Shown here: positions 1 through 10,101 of the stretch, one piece after another | How the letters are laid out: every line of letters starts with the position of its first letter | Numbering within the stretch: position 1 is the first letter of the stretch | NCBI GenBank assembly: GCA_030550235.1 | Contig: JAUQPU010000002.1 | Coordinates: 92,602-156,601 of the forward strand | Direction: 5' to 3' | Source of the DNA: Thermoproteota archaeon | GTDB lineage: Archaea > Thermoproteota > Nitrososphaeria_A > Caldarchaeales > Calditenuaceae | DNA length: 64,000 bases | Program-made: the position numbers and the translations under genes | The notes under the pieces: model-generated | What the model was told of the DNA's origin: nothing | What the model saw: the letters and a program-made list of their open reading frames with translations, nothing else | Database searches by the model: none

Positions 1-676
1 CTGCCGCCCTCTCGATTGTTTTAGCCGCTATGATGAGGGAGAGGCACTCCTGTGGATTTTTGAGGCCGAGCGTTGCGAGCCTCCGCGGACTTGATATCCC
101 TATGTTCAGCTGCCTAACTGCGAAGTGGTAAAACCTATCCACGTCGTAGTCTCTCTGGACTATATCCTGCGCCAGCCCCTCATCGTTGTTCTCTATCGCG
201 AATAGCGCATCCCTCTGCATGCTCGCAGCCAGATCCGCCATCCTCTCAATAACCTTCACAGGAGGTAGGCTGTCATGGGTCGGCAGACATTGTGTTACTA
301 TCCCGTGAAGGGTCTCGCTGACTATCTCAACACCGACCAGCCACCTCCTCATCATCTCCTTCAACTCCTTCGTATGCCTATAGCCCGTCTCACCAAACTC
401 CAGCCTAATCACGTTAAACCCGGCAATATACGCCGAGAGATAAAGGCGGAGTACATCCTCGGGTCCCGCATCGGCTGGAATCCTGACAGTGGTCTCCTCA
501 ACAACCTCGCGCTGATCAAGGGCCGCTGGCCAAAGTATAAGCCCACCGCCAGGCTCCTCCATCAAGTAGAGCTCGTCATGGGGCTTCAAACCCACATTCT
601 TCACCCACTCCTGCGGGAGAGACACGATCAGGGTTGAGCCCCCTGTTTTCTGTATGCGGCGGGAGTAGACGGGCAT
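1..676 (-). CDS. PhoU-family phosphate-uptake regulator with N-terminal AbrB/SpoVT swapped-hairpin domain. The C-terminus lies beyond the window edge.
   Basis: Reverse-complement translation from the ATG at 676-674 reads MPVYSRRIQKTGGSTLIVSLPQEWVKNVGLKPHDELYL (AbrB/SpoVT-like), then helical PhoU-like repeats (DVLRLYLSAYIAGFNVIRLEF ... DALFAIENNDEGLAQDIVQRDYDVDRFYHFAVRQL). The frame stays open to position 1. The listed plus-strand ORF 275..637 is its antisense shadow. Confidence 0.6.
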   Translation of the reverse strand, partial: MPVYSRRIQKTGGSTLIVSLPQEWVKNVGLKPHDELYLMEEPGGGLILWPAALDQREVVEETTVRIPADAGPEDVLRLYLSAYIAGFNVIRLEFGETGYRHTKELKEMMRRWLVGVEIVSETLHGIVTQCLPTHDSLPPVKVIERMADLAASMQRDALFAIENNDEGLAQDIVQRDYDVDRFYHFAVRQLNIGISSPRRLATLGLKNPQECLSLIIAAKTIERAA

Positions 677-811
677 GTGATGTCAACTATTTAGTGATAG
701 AAGTTGAATATATAGACATCTCCATTCTTGGTTCTATATATAGAGAAGTGTATATAAAATATTGAATATAGGTTTAGATTAAATAGTCAATATAGTGGAG
801 TTAAGGCCGAG
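677..811. promoter_or_regulatory. AT-rich divergent promoter/operator region between the AbrB-PhoU regulator and pstS
   Basis: This 135-bp stretch is strongly AT-rich in an otherwise GC-rich window. It has TATA-like elements (ttagattaaata about 30 nt upstream of the pstS ATG; ctatatatag on the other side). It carries three copies of a GAATATAG-like motif at about 704-715, 762-772 and 787-799. Confidence 0.4.
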
Positions 812-1939
812 ATGATGGCAAACCCGAAAATGGTTGGTCTAATCTTGACATTCCTGCTAGTAGGCGGTGTTGTCGGATACATTACCGGCTGGTATATTGC
901 GGGCTCCTCGATGACTGGTAGGGGATTAACAGTCACTGAGACGCGTTTCGTCGGTGAGGGCGCAAAAACCTCAACTATCACCGAAAGGGTAACTGTAACT
1001 GTCCATGGTCTGACTCAGACAACCGGGCCGCTAGCTGGTGACATCTTAATAGATGGGTCGAGCACAGTCTATCCAATAACCGAAGCTGTCGCTGAAGCCT
1101 TTATGAAGACTTATCCTGCAGTGAAGATATCGGTTGGAATATCTGGGACTGGAGGGGGCTTTAAGAGGTTCATAATGGGTGAGACAGATATCAACGATGC
1201 CTCCAGGCCTATTTTAATGAGTGAGGCACAAACAGCAGAGGCAAATGGTATCCGCTGGATTGAGATACCAGTTGCAATCGATGGCCTCGTAATAGTTGTT
1301 AATAGGGAGAATGATTGGGTAGAATGTTTAACGTTCTCGGAGCTTAAGAAGATCTGGGAGCCTGAAAGCACTGTGACAAAGTGGAGCGACATTAGAGAAG
1401 GATGGCCCGACGAACCAATCCGGCTCTATGGCCCTGGCCCTGACTCAGGGACATTCGACTACTTCACTGAGAGAGTAATAGGAAAGCTAAAGGCTAGTCG
1501 GACAGACTATATAGCCTCTGAAGACGACAATGTCCTTGTGGCAGGAGTTGAGGGAGAGAGATACGCGCTAGGATACTTTGGCTACGCCTACTATCCATAC
1601 GCAGCCGATAAAATTAAAATAGTCGCCGTCAGGGATGACTCAATTCCAGACGCCAGCTGCGTAACACCCACGGATGAGACGGTATCCTCTTATAAGTACC
1701 CGCTTTCAAGACCACTCTTCCTCTATGTCAACAAGAGGTCTTGGGATGAGAAGCCATGGCTAAGAGAGTTTGTCTACTTCTATCTCGAGAATGGAGAGCG
1801 TTTCGTGAAGCAGGTCTCATATACGCCTCTTCCATCAAACTACTATAAAATGGCTGTAGCGACCCTAAAGGCAGGGATTACAGACGGACTATATTCCCTC
1901 TCACAAATATCTATGTGGAAGAACGCAGGGCCCCATTAA
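812..1939 (+). CDS. pstS: Phosphate ABC transporter substrate-binding protein PstS, with N-terminal TM anchor and Thr-rich linker
   Basis: N-terminal hydrophobic helix, then a TVTETR...TVTVHGLTQTTG linker, then PstS-like core (DGSSTVYPITEAVAEAF, SGTGGGFKRF). First gene of a pstSCAB-phoU series. Confidence 0.85.
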   Translation: MMANPKMVGLILTFLLVGGVVGYITGWYIAGSSMTGRGLTVTETRFVGEGAKTSTITERVTVTVHGLTQTTGPLAGDILIDGSSTVYPITEAVAEAFMKTYPAVKISVGISGTGGGFKRFIMGETDINDASRPILMSEAQTAEANGIRWIEIPVAIDGLVIVVNRENDWVECLTFSELKKIWEPESTVTKWSDIREGWPDEPIRLYGPGPDSGTFDYFTERVIGKLKASRTDYIASEDDNVLVAGVEGERYALGYFGYAYYPYAADKIKIVAVRDDSIPDASCVTPTDETVSSYKYPLSRPLFLYVNKRSWDEKPWLREFVYFYLENGERFVKQVSYTPLPSNYYKMAVATLKAGITDGLYSLSQISMWKNAGPH

Positions 1940-2886
1940 TTGAGGATGGAGTAGAATCAAGGATGGTCCTGTCGGCTCGAGCAGAAGAGTTAAAGAAGTC
2001 GATTCAGAGGAGACGCACACTAGATAGGGTCTTTCATACAATTTTTTTGCTTGCTACTTCTGTCTCAACCGTAACTCTAGTAATAATATACCTCACATTG
2101 GGTCTCGAGTCTTTCAACTTCTTCTCTCAAGTCTCTATTATCGAGTTTTTGACAAGCACCAAATGGACCGTGCTATTCGCCGACAAGCACTTTGGAATTC
2201 TCCCATTACTCAACGCGACGATGCTGACCTCCCTAATAGCAATAGCTGTGGCGGCCCCCCTCGGCGTTATGATCGCGCTATACCTCAGCGAATACGCGTC
2301 GGCGACAACAAGGTCGATTGTTAAGCCATTGGTGGAGACGCTTGCCGGAATACCTACCGTTGTTTATGGATACTTCGCGCTCTATTTTCTCACGCCTTCC
2401 CTCCTAAAGCCACTTTTTACTGGGGTACAGAGCCATAACGCCCTCGCTGTAGGGCTGATGATAGGTGTGCTGATTATCCCAATAGTAGCCTCAATAAGCG
2501 ATGACGCTATGAAGGTTGTTCCCGCCGACCTTAGACTCGCGGCCTATGCTATGGGTGCAAGGAAATCGGATGTTGCGTTGAGAGTTGTGCTGCCAGCCGC
2601 CCTCTCCGGCGTCTCCGCCTCAATAATTCTCGCCTTTTCTAGGGCGACTGGTGAGACGATGATAGCCGTCATCGCAGGCGGGTTTAGAAGCGTCTTATCA
2701 TTCAACGTAGGCGACTCCATGGAGACGATGACAGCGTTCATCGCTCAAGTCGCGACTGGAGATGCCCCACACGGCACAATAGAGTATCAATCATTATTCG
2801 CAGTTGGATTATTCCTCCTACTCATCACTGCTGTCCTGAATTATATCGGAATAAAGGTGGTGAAGAGATGGGCAATCAGATATTAA
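1915..2886 (+). CDS. pstC: Phosphate ABC transporter permease PstC
   Basis: Polytopic membrane protein with an ABC permease EAA-like loop (DAMKVVPADLRLAAYAMGARKSDVALRVVLPAA). Overlaps the pstS stop by 25 nt. Confidence 0.85.
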   Translation: MEERRAPLIEDGVESRMVLSARAEELKKSIQRRRTLDRVFHTIFLLATSVSTVTLVIIYLTLGLESFNFFSQVSIIEFLTSTKWTVLFADKHFGILPLLNATMLTSLIAIAVAAPLGVMIALYLSEYASATTRSIVKPLVETLAGIPTVVYGYFALYFLTPSLLKPLFTGVQSHNALAVGLMIGVLIIPIVASISDDAMKVVPADLRLAAYAMGARKSDVALRVVLPAALSGVSASIILAFSRATGETMIAVIAGGFRSVLSFNVGDSMETMTAFIAQVATGDAPHGTIEYQSLFAVGLFLLLITAVLNYIGIKVVKRWAIRY

Positions 2887-3764
2887 TCGGGACTGGGCGG
2901 CGAGGAGTAAAACTTAAGAAAATACTAGACAAGCTACTGCCATTTATTCTTAGCATCGCAGTCTTCATAGCAGTGGCAACGATAGTATCCCTCCTAATCA
3001 CCTTAATAACGACCGGTGGTCATAGATTATCCTGGAACCTAATCTTGAACTATCCATCATCAAATCCTGAAGAGGCGGGGATGAGGTCCGCCATCCTTGG
3101 AAGCATATTCACGGTAGGCCTCTCAGCCCTAATATGCATCCCGCTAAGCATAGCCACAGCTATATTCCTCGTCGAATACTCGCGCGGAGGCAGGCTCGCG
3201 TCGATACTTAGCTATAACATCTCAAATCTAGCTGGCGTCCCCTCAGTAGTGTTTGGAGTGGTCGGGCTGGGCTTCTTGGCATATGGGCTTGGAATGGGGA
3301 GGACAGTAATCACAGGCGCATTTACACTGGCCGTCTTAACACTACCCCTAGTAACCGTTACATGCGTCGAGGCTCTTAAGACAGTCCCCGACGACCTGAG
3401 GCAAGGCGCATACGCTCTTGGCGCTACAACGGTGCAAGTGGTTAGGCGAGTAGTACTTCCTAGGGCTTTGCCTATGATGCTGACTGGTGGGATACTTGGG
3501 ATAAGTAGGGCGTTGGGAGAGGCTGCCCCTATACTGGTTGTCAGCGGCCTCCTCTTCATCAGGGAGGATCCCGTATCACTCTTCAGCAAATTTACAGTTA
3601 TGCCCCTACAGCTATACAACTGGATCAGTAGGCCTCAACCAGCCTTTGTGGAGCTATCCTCCGCAGGAATCATAATCCTCCTACTGATACTTCTAGCTCT
3701 CAACGCCCTAGCCATATCGCTCAGACAATTACTCGTTAGGAGGATGGAGCAGCTATGGAGATAG
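2868..3764 (+). CDS. pstA: Phosphate ABC transporter permease PstA
   Basis: Polytopic membrane protein with an EAA-like loop ([27 protein letters not shown]). Overlaps pstC by 19 nt. Confidence 0.85.
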   Translation: MGNQILIGTGRRGVKLKKILDKLLPFILSIAVFIAVATIVSLLITLITTGGHRLSWNLILNYPSSNPEEAGMRSAILGSIFTVGLSALICIPLSIATAIFLVEYSRGGRLASILSYNISNLAGVPSVVFGVVGLGFLAYGLGMGRTVITGAFTLAVLTLPLVTVTCVEALKTVPDDLRQGAYALGATTVQVVRRVVLPRALPMMLTGGILGISRALGEAAPILVVSGLLFIREDPVSLFSKFTVMPLQLYNWISRPQPAFVELSSAGIIILLLILLALNALAISLRQLLVRRMEQLWR

Positions 3765-4603
3765 AGTCATATAATAAGCTCCAGAAAAGTTACGCGGAGC
3801 TCGGGAAGATGGAGATGATTGAGGAACCTGGGGAAGAAGTGGTGAGGGTGGAGAATCTCAGGGTAGCGTATGGTGAAAAAATAGCAATAGACGAGATCAA
3901 CATATCAATCAAGAGGCGTTACATAACAGCCATAATAGGCCCCTCAGGCTGCGGCAAGTCCACCCTCCTAAGATCCATAAACAGGATGAACGACCTTGTC
4001 CCCGGGGCTAGGGTAAGCGGAAAAGTCTACTTCAACGGCGTAGACATCTATTCGCGGGATGTGGACCCTGTCTTTATCCGTTCGCGGATAGGTATGGTAT
4101 TCCAGAGGCCAAACCCCTTTCCATTCAGCATATTTGATAATGTGGCCTTTGGTCTGAGGGTTAATGGCTTCAAGCTCTCGAAGGATGAGCTTTATGCGAA
4201 GGTGAAGGACGCATTAGTCAAGGCTGCGTTGTGGGATGAGGTGAAGGACCGGTTGGACAAGCATGCATATAGCTTATCGGGTGGTCAGCAGCAGAGGCTA
4301 TGCATTGCGAGAGCCCTAGCCGTCGACCCTGAGGTACTCCTCCTTGACGAGCCCACGGTCTCCCTCGACCCCATATCCACTGCGCGGATAGAATCTCTCC
4401 TCCGCTCAATAAAGGATGAATACACGATAATAATAGTCACTCACAACATGCTCCAGGCGGCGCGCGTCTCAGATTACACGGCTGTAATGATGCCTGATGA
4501 GAAGATGGTGGGGAGAATTATAGAGTTTGGGGATACTAGGGAGATCTTCACTAACCCGCGAGACAAGAGGACTGAGGACTACATTAGTGGGCGTATAGGG
4601 TGA
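3755..4603 (+). CDS. pstB: Phosphate ABC transporter ATP-binding protein PstB
   Basis: Walker [13 protein letters not shown] signature LSGGQQQRL, Walker B LLLDEPT, H-loop VTHN. The true start may be an internal Met (MEMIEEP...). Confidence 0.9.
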   Translation: MEIESYNKLQKSYAELGKMEMIEEPGEEVVRVENLRVAYGEKIAIDEINISIKRRYITAIIGPSGCGKSTLLRSINRMNDLVPGARVSGKVYFNGVDIYSRDVDPVFIRSRIGMVFQRPNPFPFSIFDNVAFGLRVNGFKLSKDELYAKVKDALVKAALWDEVKDRLDKHAYSLSGGQQQRLCIARALAVDPEVLLLDEPTVSLDPISTARIESLLRSIKDEYTIIIVTHNMLQAARVSDYTAVMMPDEKMVGRIIEFGDTREIFTNPRDKRTEDYISGRIG

Positions 4604-4613
4604 GGGAGAGGCT

Positions 4614-5249
4614 ATGAGCAGGATACTGGATATAGGGCTCCAGCTGCTGTCTCAGCGCATAGAGGAGATGTTCAAGATGGGTATAGACTCTTTTGAAAAG
4701 AGTATTGAGGGCCTGCTAAACTATAAGGATTTTGAGAAGGAGGTGTATGGATATGCGAAGAGGCTTAGAGATCTCTACGAAGAGATTGGGGATATTGCGA
4801 CCGAACTGATAGCTAGGTACCAGCCCGTCGCTAAAGACCTAAGGTACATTCGCTCATGCATGAACATCTCATACGATATTCTGAGGATGGGGAGGTATGC
4901 TCTCGAGATTACGAGGAGCAGTAGGATGCTTGGCTCACTCCTTGAATGCGACTTGACGCCTATATCAGAGGCCGGCGAGGTCGTAGGCCGAATGCTGCGA
5001 GACACACTTGACTCACTCCAGCGGCTTGATGTGGAGACTGCTAGGAAGGTGAAGGAGATGGATGAGCGGATAGACGAGATATATAGGGAGAGGATTAGGG
5101 TGATTACGCTTGAGAGGGATGGCTCGCGGGAGTGTGACGTGGCTATTGTCCTCACGCTCAGAAATCTTGAGCGGATTGCCGACCATGCGACCTACATCTG
5201 CGACGCTGTAGAGTACATTGTTTCGGGGCCTGTAAGGCACCGCGTATAG
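4614..5249 (+). CDS. phoU: Phosphate transport system regulator PhoU (canonical, two helical repeats)
   Basis: 211 aa, all-helical, PhoU-like repeats (DLRYIRSCMNISYDILRMGRYALEI; LTLRNLERIADHATYICDAVEY). Immediately downstream of pstB. Confidence 0.85.
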   Translation: MSRILDIGLQLLSQRIEEMFKMGIDSFEKSIEGLLNYKDFEKEVYGYAKRLRDLYEEIGDIATELIARYQPVAKDLRYIRSCMNISYDILRMGRYALEITRSSRMLGSLLECDLTPISEAGEVVGRMLRDTLDSLQRLDVETARKVKEMDERIDEIYRERIRVITLERDGSRECDVAIVLTLRNLERIADHATYICDAVEYIVSGPVRHRV

Positions 5250-5250
5250 A

Positions 5251-6204
5251 CTACTTGTCAGAGGCCTTGGATAGGAGTATGGAGGCTACCGCTGCGTCCT
5301 GAGCAGCTGTCCCAACCGTCTTGAAGACTGTGACCTCCTCCCAGCTTAAGCGTCCGGGCTTCCGACCAGCTATTATCTCACCAATTTCAGCGTACACATC
5401 CTCCCACCTCATCAAGCCTGCCTTAACAGCCTGTATTATCTCCCCTGCCTCCTCCTTAGCCGCTGCTAGGCTGTCTACGACAACCTTGCTTGATGCGAGT
5501 AGGCTTGGGTCTATCTCAGCCATCTCTGGGGTATAAGCGCCTATTGCTGAGATGTGTGTTCCAGGTCTCACCCATTCCTTCCTGACTACGGGGGTCTTAC
5601 TCGTGGTCGCTGTTATGATTATGTCACATGACTTGACCAGCTCCTCGGGCGTGTAGCAGAGCTCAACTTTCCCACCTATTCTGCCGCCCATCTCCTCCGC
5701 AAACTTCTCCGCCCTGTCTCTATACATGTCGAAGGCATAGACCCTCTGTGGTCTCATGACCTGGCTGGTTATTAAGAGCTGCCAGCGGGCCTGGTAGCCG
5801 CACCCTATAATCCCTAGGTTTTTCGAGTCGCTTCTAGCTAGGTGTTTTACTGAGAGGGCTGTGGCCGCCGCTGTTCTCAGCCCTGTTAGGGCTCTCGCCT
5901 CTGCCACCAGTCTTGGGATACCGTTTTCAGGGTCAACAGCTACGACAACAGCGTTGGTGGTTGGCAGCCCCTTCTCCAGATTACCCGGATAGACGGAGAC
6001 GATCTTTAGGGAGAAGACCTTAAGGCTCGGCGCCAGACAAGGCATCAACAATATATCGCCAGCCCCACTAACCCCTATCCTGCTGCGCGGCGGCATCAAG
6101 ACCTCCCCCAGACTCAGGGCCCTAAAGGCCTCGGAAACAGCGCTCAACAGTTCATCAACGGAGACAAGGGCCTCGACATCTCTGTCAGTAAGTATCTTTA
6201 CCAT
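5251..6204 (-). CDS. Ornithine cyclodeaminase/mu-crystallin family NAD(P)-dependent enzyme. Archaeal members of this family include alanine dehydrogenase.
   Basis: 317 aa with a Rossmann motif GIIGCGYQARWQL and family-typical length and layout. Substrate cannot be assigned from sequence alone. Confidence 0.65.
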   Translation of the reverse strand: MVKILTDRDVEALVSVDELLSAVSEAFRALSLGEVLMPPRSRIGVSGAGDILLMPCLAPSLKVFSLKIVSVYPGNLEKGLPTTNAVVVAVDPENGIPRLVAEARALTGLRTAAATALSVKHLARSDSKNLGIIGCGYQARWQLLITSQVMRPQRVYAFDMYRDRAEKFAEEMGGRIGGKVELCYTPEELVKSCDIIITATTSKTPVVRKEWVRPGTHISAIGAYTPEMAEIDPSLLASSKVVVDSLAAAKEEAGEIIQAVKAGLMRWEDVYAEIGEIIAGRKPGRLSWEEVTVFKTVGTAAQDAAVASILLSKASDK

Positions 6205-6324
6205 AACTCTCTGATAGCAAATCGAGGGTTAGATATATAGAATTTATGTATAGCGTCTATTGAGTTGGTCACCGACATGTGGGAAACTTTAAAAGTGGAG
6301 TTTTAGGGAATATAATGGTAGCCC

Positions 6325-6579
6325 TTGTCTGCGGACATTTCGCTGAAGATGCTTGCAAAGTCGCTTGGAGGTACGGTACTAGTTAAGCTGCGGAATGGCC
6401 GAGCCATTCGAGGTCAGCTCAAGGGGTATGACCAGCACATGAACCTTGTTCTCGAGGGAGCTGAAGAAATTAGGGGTGAAAACAACTCGGTTAAGCTTGG
6501 GCTCATAGTTGTGAGGGGTGATAATATAGTGATGATCTCCCCGTCACAGCTGAGGCAGGAGGAGGTTAGTGGTACATGA
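6325..6579 (+). CDS. Sm-like (LSm) archaeal protein
   Basis: Sm1/Sm2 signatures: [32 protein letters not shown] ... [16 protein letters not shown]. The start may instead be an internal Met (MLAKS...). Confidence 0.8.
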   Translation: MSADISLKMLAKSLGGTVLVKLRNGRAIRGQLKGYDQHMNLVLEGAEEIRGENNSVKLGLIVVRGDNIVMISPSQLRQEEVSGT

Positions 6580-6749
6580 AAGGCACTCCCTCGATGGGTA
6601 AGTTCAAGACCCCGACACATGGGCGCTGCAGGAGATGCGGTAGAAGATCCTTCAACTATAGGCGTGGCAGGTGTGGCCACTGCGGATTTGGAGCTAAGAA
6701 GAAGTGGCGGAGTTATAGATGGATGCGTAGCCTAAAGGAACGCCTCTAA
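6576..6749 (+). CDS. rpl37e: Ribosomal protein L37e (zinc ribbon)
   Basis: 57-aa ORF absent from the supplied track (under 60 aa): [51 protein letters not shown]4 zinc ribbon, highly basic. The ATG overlaps the Sm gene stop (ATGA). Confidence 0.75.
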   Translation: MKGTPSMGKFKTPTHGRCRRCGRRSFNYRRGRCGHCGFGAKKKWRSYRWMRSLKERL

Positions 6750-6765
6750 GACACTGGATTACAGT

Positions 6766-9519
6766 CTAGCTGCTCAGTGCTTCCGCCAGAATCTTCCTGA
6801 CTATATAGGGTAGAATTCCACCGTGCCTATAGTACTCTATCTCTATCGGCGTGTCGAGTCGGAGGATTGCCTCAAAGACGATTGAGGTGCCGTCGCCTCT
6901 CCTAGCTGTTACCTTGACGCGTCTCCTCGGCTGTAGATTTCCAAGCTCGATATCGTAGGATTCTGAGCCGGTTAGGCCGAGGCTCCTCCAACTAGTCCCC
7001 TCCGGGAACTGCAGCGGCAGGACCCCCATACCCACCAAATTACTCCTATGTATCCTCTCAAAACTCTCGGCTATAACTGCCCTCACGCCTAGGAGCCTGG
7101 TCCCCTTGGCCGCCCAGTCCCTTGAGCTTCCGGCACCATACTGCTTGCCCGCGATAACTATCAGGGGGACACCCTCTTCACGATATCTCATAGCCGCGTC
7201 ATAGACGGTCATCTTTGCCCCGTCAGGATAGTGTATCGTCCACCACCCCTCGCCGTCTGGGAGTAGATAGTTCCTGAGGCGGTGGTTTGCAAAGGTTCCG
7301 CGTATCATGACCTCATGGTTTCCCCGCCGCGAGCCGTAGGTGTTGAAATCCACAGGGTCGACTCCGAGGCTCCTCAAGTAGAGCCCGGCTGGGCTGTTCG
7401 GAGGTATGGCGCCGGCTGGTGAGATGTGGTCTGTTGTTACGCGATCTCCAAGGAGGACGAGGACCCTCGCATTCTTTATATCCTCAATGGGTGTGGGCTC
7501 CCTTTGAAACTCCTCGAAGTAGGGTGGTCTTCTGATGTAGGTGGAATCGGGGTCCCAGTTGTAGGTTGAGCTTGTAGGAGGCTTCAGCTCCTCCCATTCA
7601 CCCACACCTGTGAATATCTCGTCATACCGTTTTCTATACATCTCGGTCTTGATTGCCGACTCAATTATCCTCCTAATCTCATTCTGGTCTGGCCAGACAT
7701 CCTTGAGATAGACCGGTTTACCATCCCTCCCCACACCCAGTGGCTCTGTGTAGAAGTCGATATCTATCCTGCCTGCAATCGCATAGGCGACAACCAGTAT
7801 TGGCGAAGCTAGGAAGCTCGCCTTGACTAGGGGGTGTATTCTACCTTCGAAGTTCCTGTTTCCGCTCAGCACAGCGACGGTGTATAGGTCCCTCCTCCTA
7901 ATCTCGGTCTCAACATCGGGAGGTAAGGGGCCGCTGTTCCCTATGCATGTGGTACAGCCGTAGCCCACGATATCGAACCCCAGCTTTGAGAGGTAGGGTA
8001 GGAGGCCAGCCTCTTCGAGATAGTCTGCCACGACCGCGGAGCCCGGCGCGAGGCTTGTCTTCACGTAGGGCCTCCGGCTCAGCCCCCTCTGGACCGCGTT
8101 TCTGGCAAGGAGACCCGCTCCTATCATGACCGCCGGGTTTGAAGTGTTCGTACAGCTAGTGATGGCGGCTATCACCACAGCGCCGTCGGTGAGCTCGAGC
8201 TCCTCTCCACTAGACCTATCAACGGCCCCACTCTCAATTCGCCTATGGCTCACTGAGCCTCCCTCATAATGCCACACACCCACCCGGTTCTCAGAGGCAA
8301 CTGTAACCGGTCTAACCTTCCTCAAAATGTCCAGAAACGCTCTCTTCACCTCTTTCAGCCTTATCCTGTCTTCCGGGTTTGCGGGGCCAGCTATGCTCGG
8401 CTCTATCGAGGATAGGTCGATCTCGACGACCTCTCCATACCTAGCCTCTCTCTCATAGTCTGTGACGAAGAGGCCTTGAAGCTCTGCATATTGTTTGACG
8501 AGCTGGATGTGCTCCTCCCCTCTCGCCGTCATTTTGAGGTAGTTGAGTGTGTGGTTGTCTATGGGGAAGAGGCCTACGGTTGCGCCGTATTCTGGGGCCA
8601 TGTTGGATACCGTGGCCCTGTCAGGGACGTTTAGAGTAGACACGCCGGGGCCGAAGAACTCGACGAACCTCCCCACCACGCCCTTACGCCTCAGAGTCTC
8701 CGTCACAGTCAAAACTAGGTCGGTGGCTGTGGCCGGGGGCTTCAGCTCTCCAACCAGCCTGACACCCACGACATCGGGGATAGGCATGTAGTATGGAAGG
8801 CCAAGCATGACAGCCTCAGCCTCAATGCCGCCGACCCCCCAGCCTAGGACGCCAAGCCCGTTAACCATTGGGGTATGGGAGTCAGTCCCCAGAACCGTGT
8901 CGGGGAATGCCACAAGACCACCATCCCCCCTCCTAACATCCACGACCTTGGCCAGGTTCTCAAGATTTACCTGATGGACAATCCCCCGACCAGGCGGTAT
9001 GACGTGAAAGTTCTTAAAAACACTCTGAGCCCACTTCAAGAGCACGTATCTCTCTCCATTCCTCGCAAACTCTAGGGAGAGGTTTCTCCAGTAGGCTTCT
9101 CTCGAAGCAAAATAGTCTACTTGGATAGAGTGGTCTACTACTAGGTGTGTGGGTATGAGTGGATTGACCTTCATCGGGTCGTAGCCGAGGTTGGAGACCA
9201 CTTCTCGCATGGCGGCTAGGTCGACGACAAGTGGAACGCCAGTGAAGTCCTGTAGCAGGGCGCGGCTGGGCATAAACGGTATCTCGGTGCCGGCTCCCAC
9301 CTTACCCTCGCCAACCGTCTTAACATCATCCAGCGATGCCACTCCAGCAGCGGCGCTTCTCACAACATTCTCAAGCAGAATCTTTAAGCTGAACGGCATC
9401 GAGTCCACATCCCTAGCCAGACCAGCCTCCTCAAGCATTTGCAAGCTGTAATAGTATGCCTCTCCGAGGGGTGTCAGTATCTTCTTCCTCACTCCTCTAA
9501 GCTCCCGATCCAGCTCCAT
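6766..9519 (-). CDS. acnA: Aconitate hydratase (aconitase A type)
   Basis: 917 aa. Fe-S cluster ligand motifs (ITSCTNTSNP; GYGCTTCIGNSG) and the aconitase C-terminal swivel domain (SRRGNHEVMIRGTF). Confidence 0.9.
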   Translation of the reverse strand: MELDRELRGVRKKILTPLGEAYYYSLQMLEEAGLARDVDSMPFSLKILLENVVRSAAAGVASLDDVKTVGEGKVGAGTEIPFMPSRALLQDFTGVPLVVDLAAMREVVSNLGYDPMKVNPLIPTHLVVDHSIQVDYFASREAYWRNLSLEFARNGERYVLLKWAQSVFKNFHVIPPGRGIVHQVNLENLAKVVDVRRGDGGLVAFPDTVLGTDSHTPMVNGLGVLGWGVGGIEAEAVMLGLPYYMPIPDVVGVRLVGELKPPATATDLVLTVTETLRRKGVVGRFVEFFGPGVSTLNVPDRATVSNMAPEYGATVGLFPIDNHTLNYLKMTARGEEHIQLVKQYAELQGLFVTDYEREARYGEVVEIDLSSIEPSIAGPANPEDRIRLKEVKRAFLDILRKVRPVTVASENRVGVWHYEGGSVSHRRIESGAVDRSSGEELELTDGAVVIAAITSCTNTSNPAVMIGAGLLARNAVQRGLSRRPYVKTSLAPGSAVVADYLEEAGLLPYLSKLGFDIVGYGCTTCIGNSGPLPPDVETEIRRRDLYTVAVLSGNRNFEGRIHPLVKASFLASPILVVAYAIAGRIDIDFYTEPLGVGRDGKPVYLKDVWPDQNEIRRIIESAIKTEMYRKRYDEIFTGVGEWEELKPPTSSTYNWDPDSTYIRRPPYFEEFQREPTPIEDIKNARVLVLLGDRVTTDHISPAGAIPPNSPAGLYLRSLGVDPVDFNTYGSRRGNHEVMIRGTFANHRLRNYLLPDGEGWWTIHYPDGAKMTVYDAAMRYREEGVPLIVIAGKQYGAGSSRDWAAKGTRLLGVRAVIAESFERIHRSNLVGMGVLPLQFPEGTSWRSLGLTGSESYDIELGNLQPRRRVKVTARRGDGTSIVFEAILRLDTPIEIEYYRHGGILPYIVRKILAEALSS

Positions 9520-9579
9520 CTATCTCTTCAGAAAATAGCGGCGGCCACCTGATTTTTAACCTTGGCTCAAAACACTGCC

Positions 9580-10101
9580 TCAGCTACGAGCAACATGCAC
9601 CATGTGGGGCAGCTCCGGTCCTATTAGTTTGAGGGCTGTCTCCACCGCGTCGGGAGAGCCTGGGAGAGCAAGTACTATAGACCCACGGATAACTCCTGCT
9701 AGGCATCTTGAGAGCGCGGCGTGAAACCCTACCTTCCTATAGCTCTCTAACCTAAAGACCTCTCCAACCCCCTCGATCTCCTTCTCTAGGAGGGGGCGCA
9801 AGGCCTCCACTGTCACGTCCCTCCTCGAAATCCCTGTTCCTCCTATCACGGCTACCACGTCAAACCCCTCCACTAAAGCCCGTGATAACGTGGCCCTTAT
9901 CCCCAACACATCGTCGCCAACTATTCCCATGTGGACAACATCGTGGCCAAGCTCCTCCAACATCCGCTTAGCAGTCTCTGAGGAGTCATCCTTGAAGGGC
10001 TCACCCCTAACCATGGCCTGGTAGCGGGAGGTGCTGGATCTGATGATGGCTACGCGTAGCCTTTTAGGCGCTGCTGATCTATGAGACTCCGCAGCGCTCA
10101 A
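9580..10101 (-). CDS. moaB: Molybdenum cofactor biosynthesis protein MoaB/MogA family
   Basis: MoaB/MogA fold motifs (AIIRSST; GGTGISRRDVTVEAL; LPGSPDAV). The N-terminal extension of the ORF may be over-called. Confidence 0.7.
   Translation of the reverse strand: MSAAESHRSAAPKRLRVAIIRSSTSRYQAMVRGEPFKDDSSETAKRMLEELGHDVVHMGIVGDDVLGIRATLSRALVEGFDVVAVIGGTGISRRDVTVEALRPLLEKEIEGVGEVFRLESYRKVGFHAALSRCLAGVIRGSIVLALPGSPDAVETALKLIGPELPHMVHVARS

Noticed and set aside
275-637. 120-aa plus-strand ORF at the left edge
   Set aside because: It lies entirely antisense to a much better-supported minus-strand gene (the AbrB-PhoU regulator). It has no recognisable motif and is a typical shadow ORF in GC-rich DNA.
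7947-9451. Several 60-86-aa ORFs on the plus strand inside the aconitase gene
   Set aside because: They are antisense to a 917-aa conserved gene and are Arg/Pro/Ser-rich, as expected from GC-rich antisense frames. They show no domain signatures.
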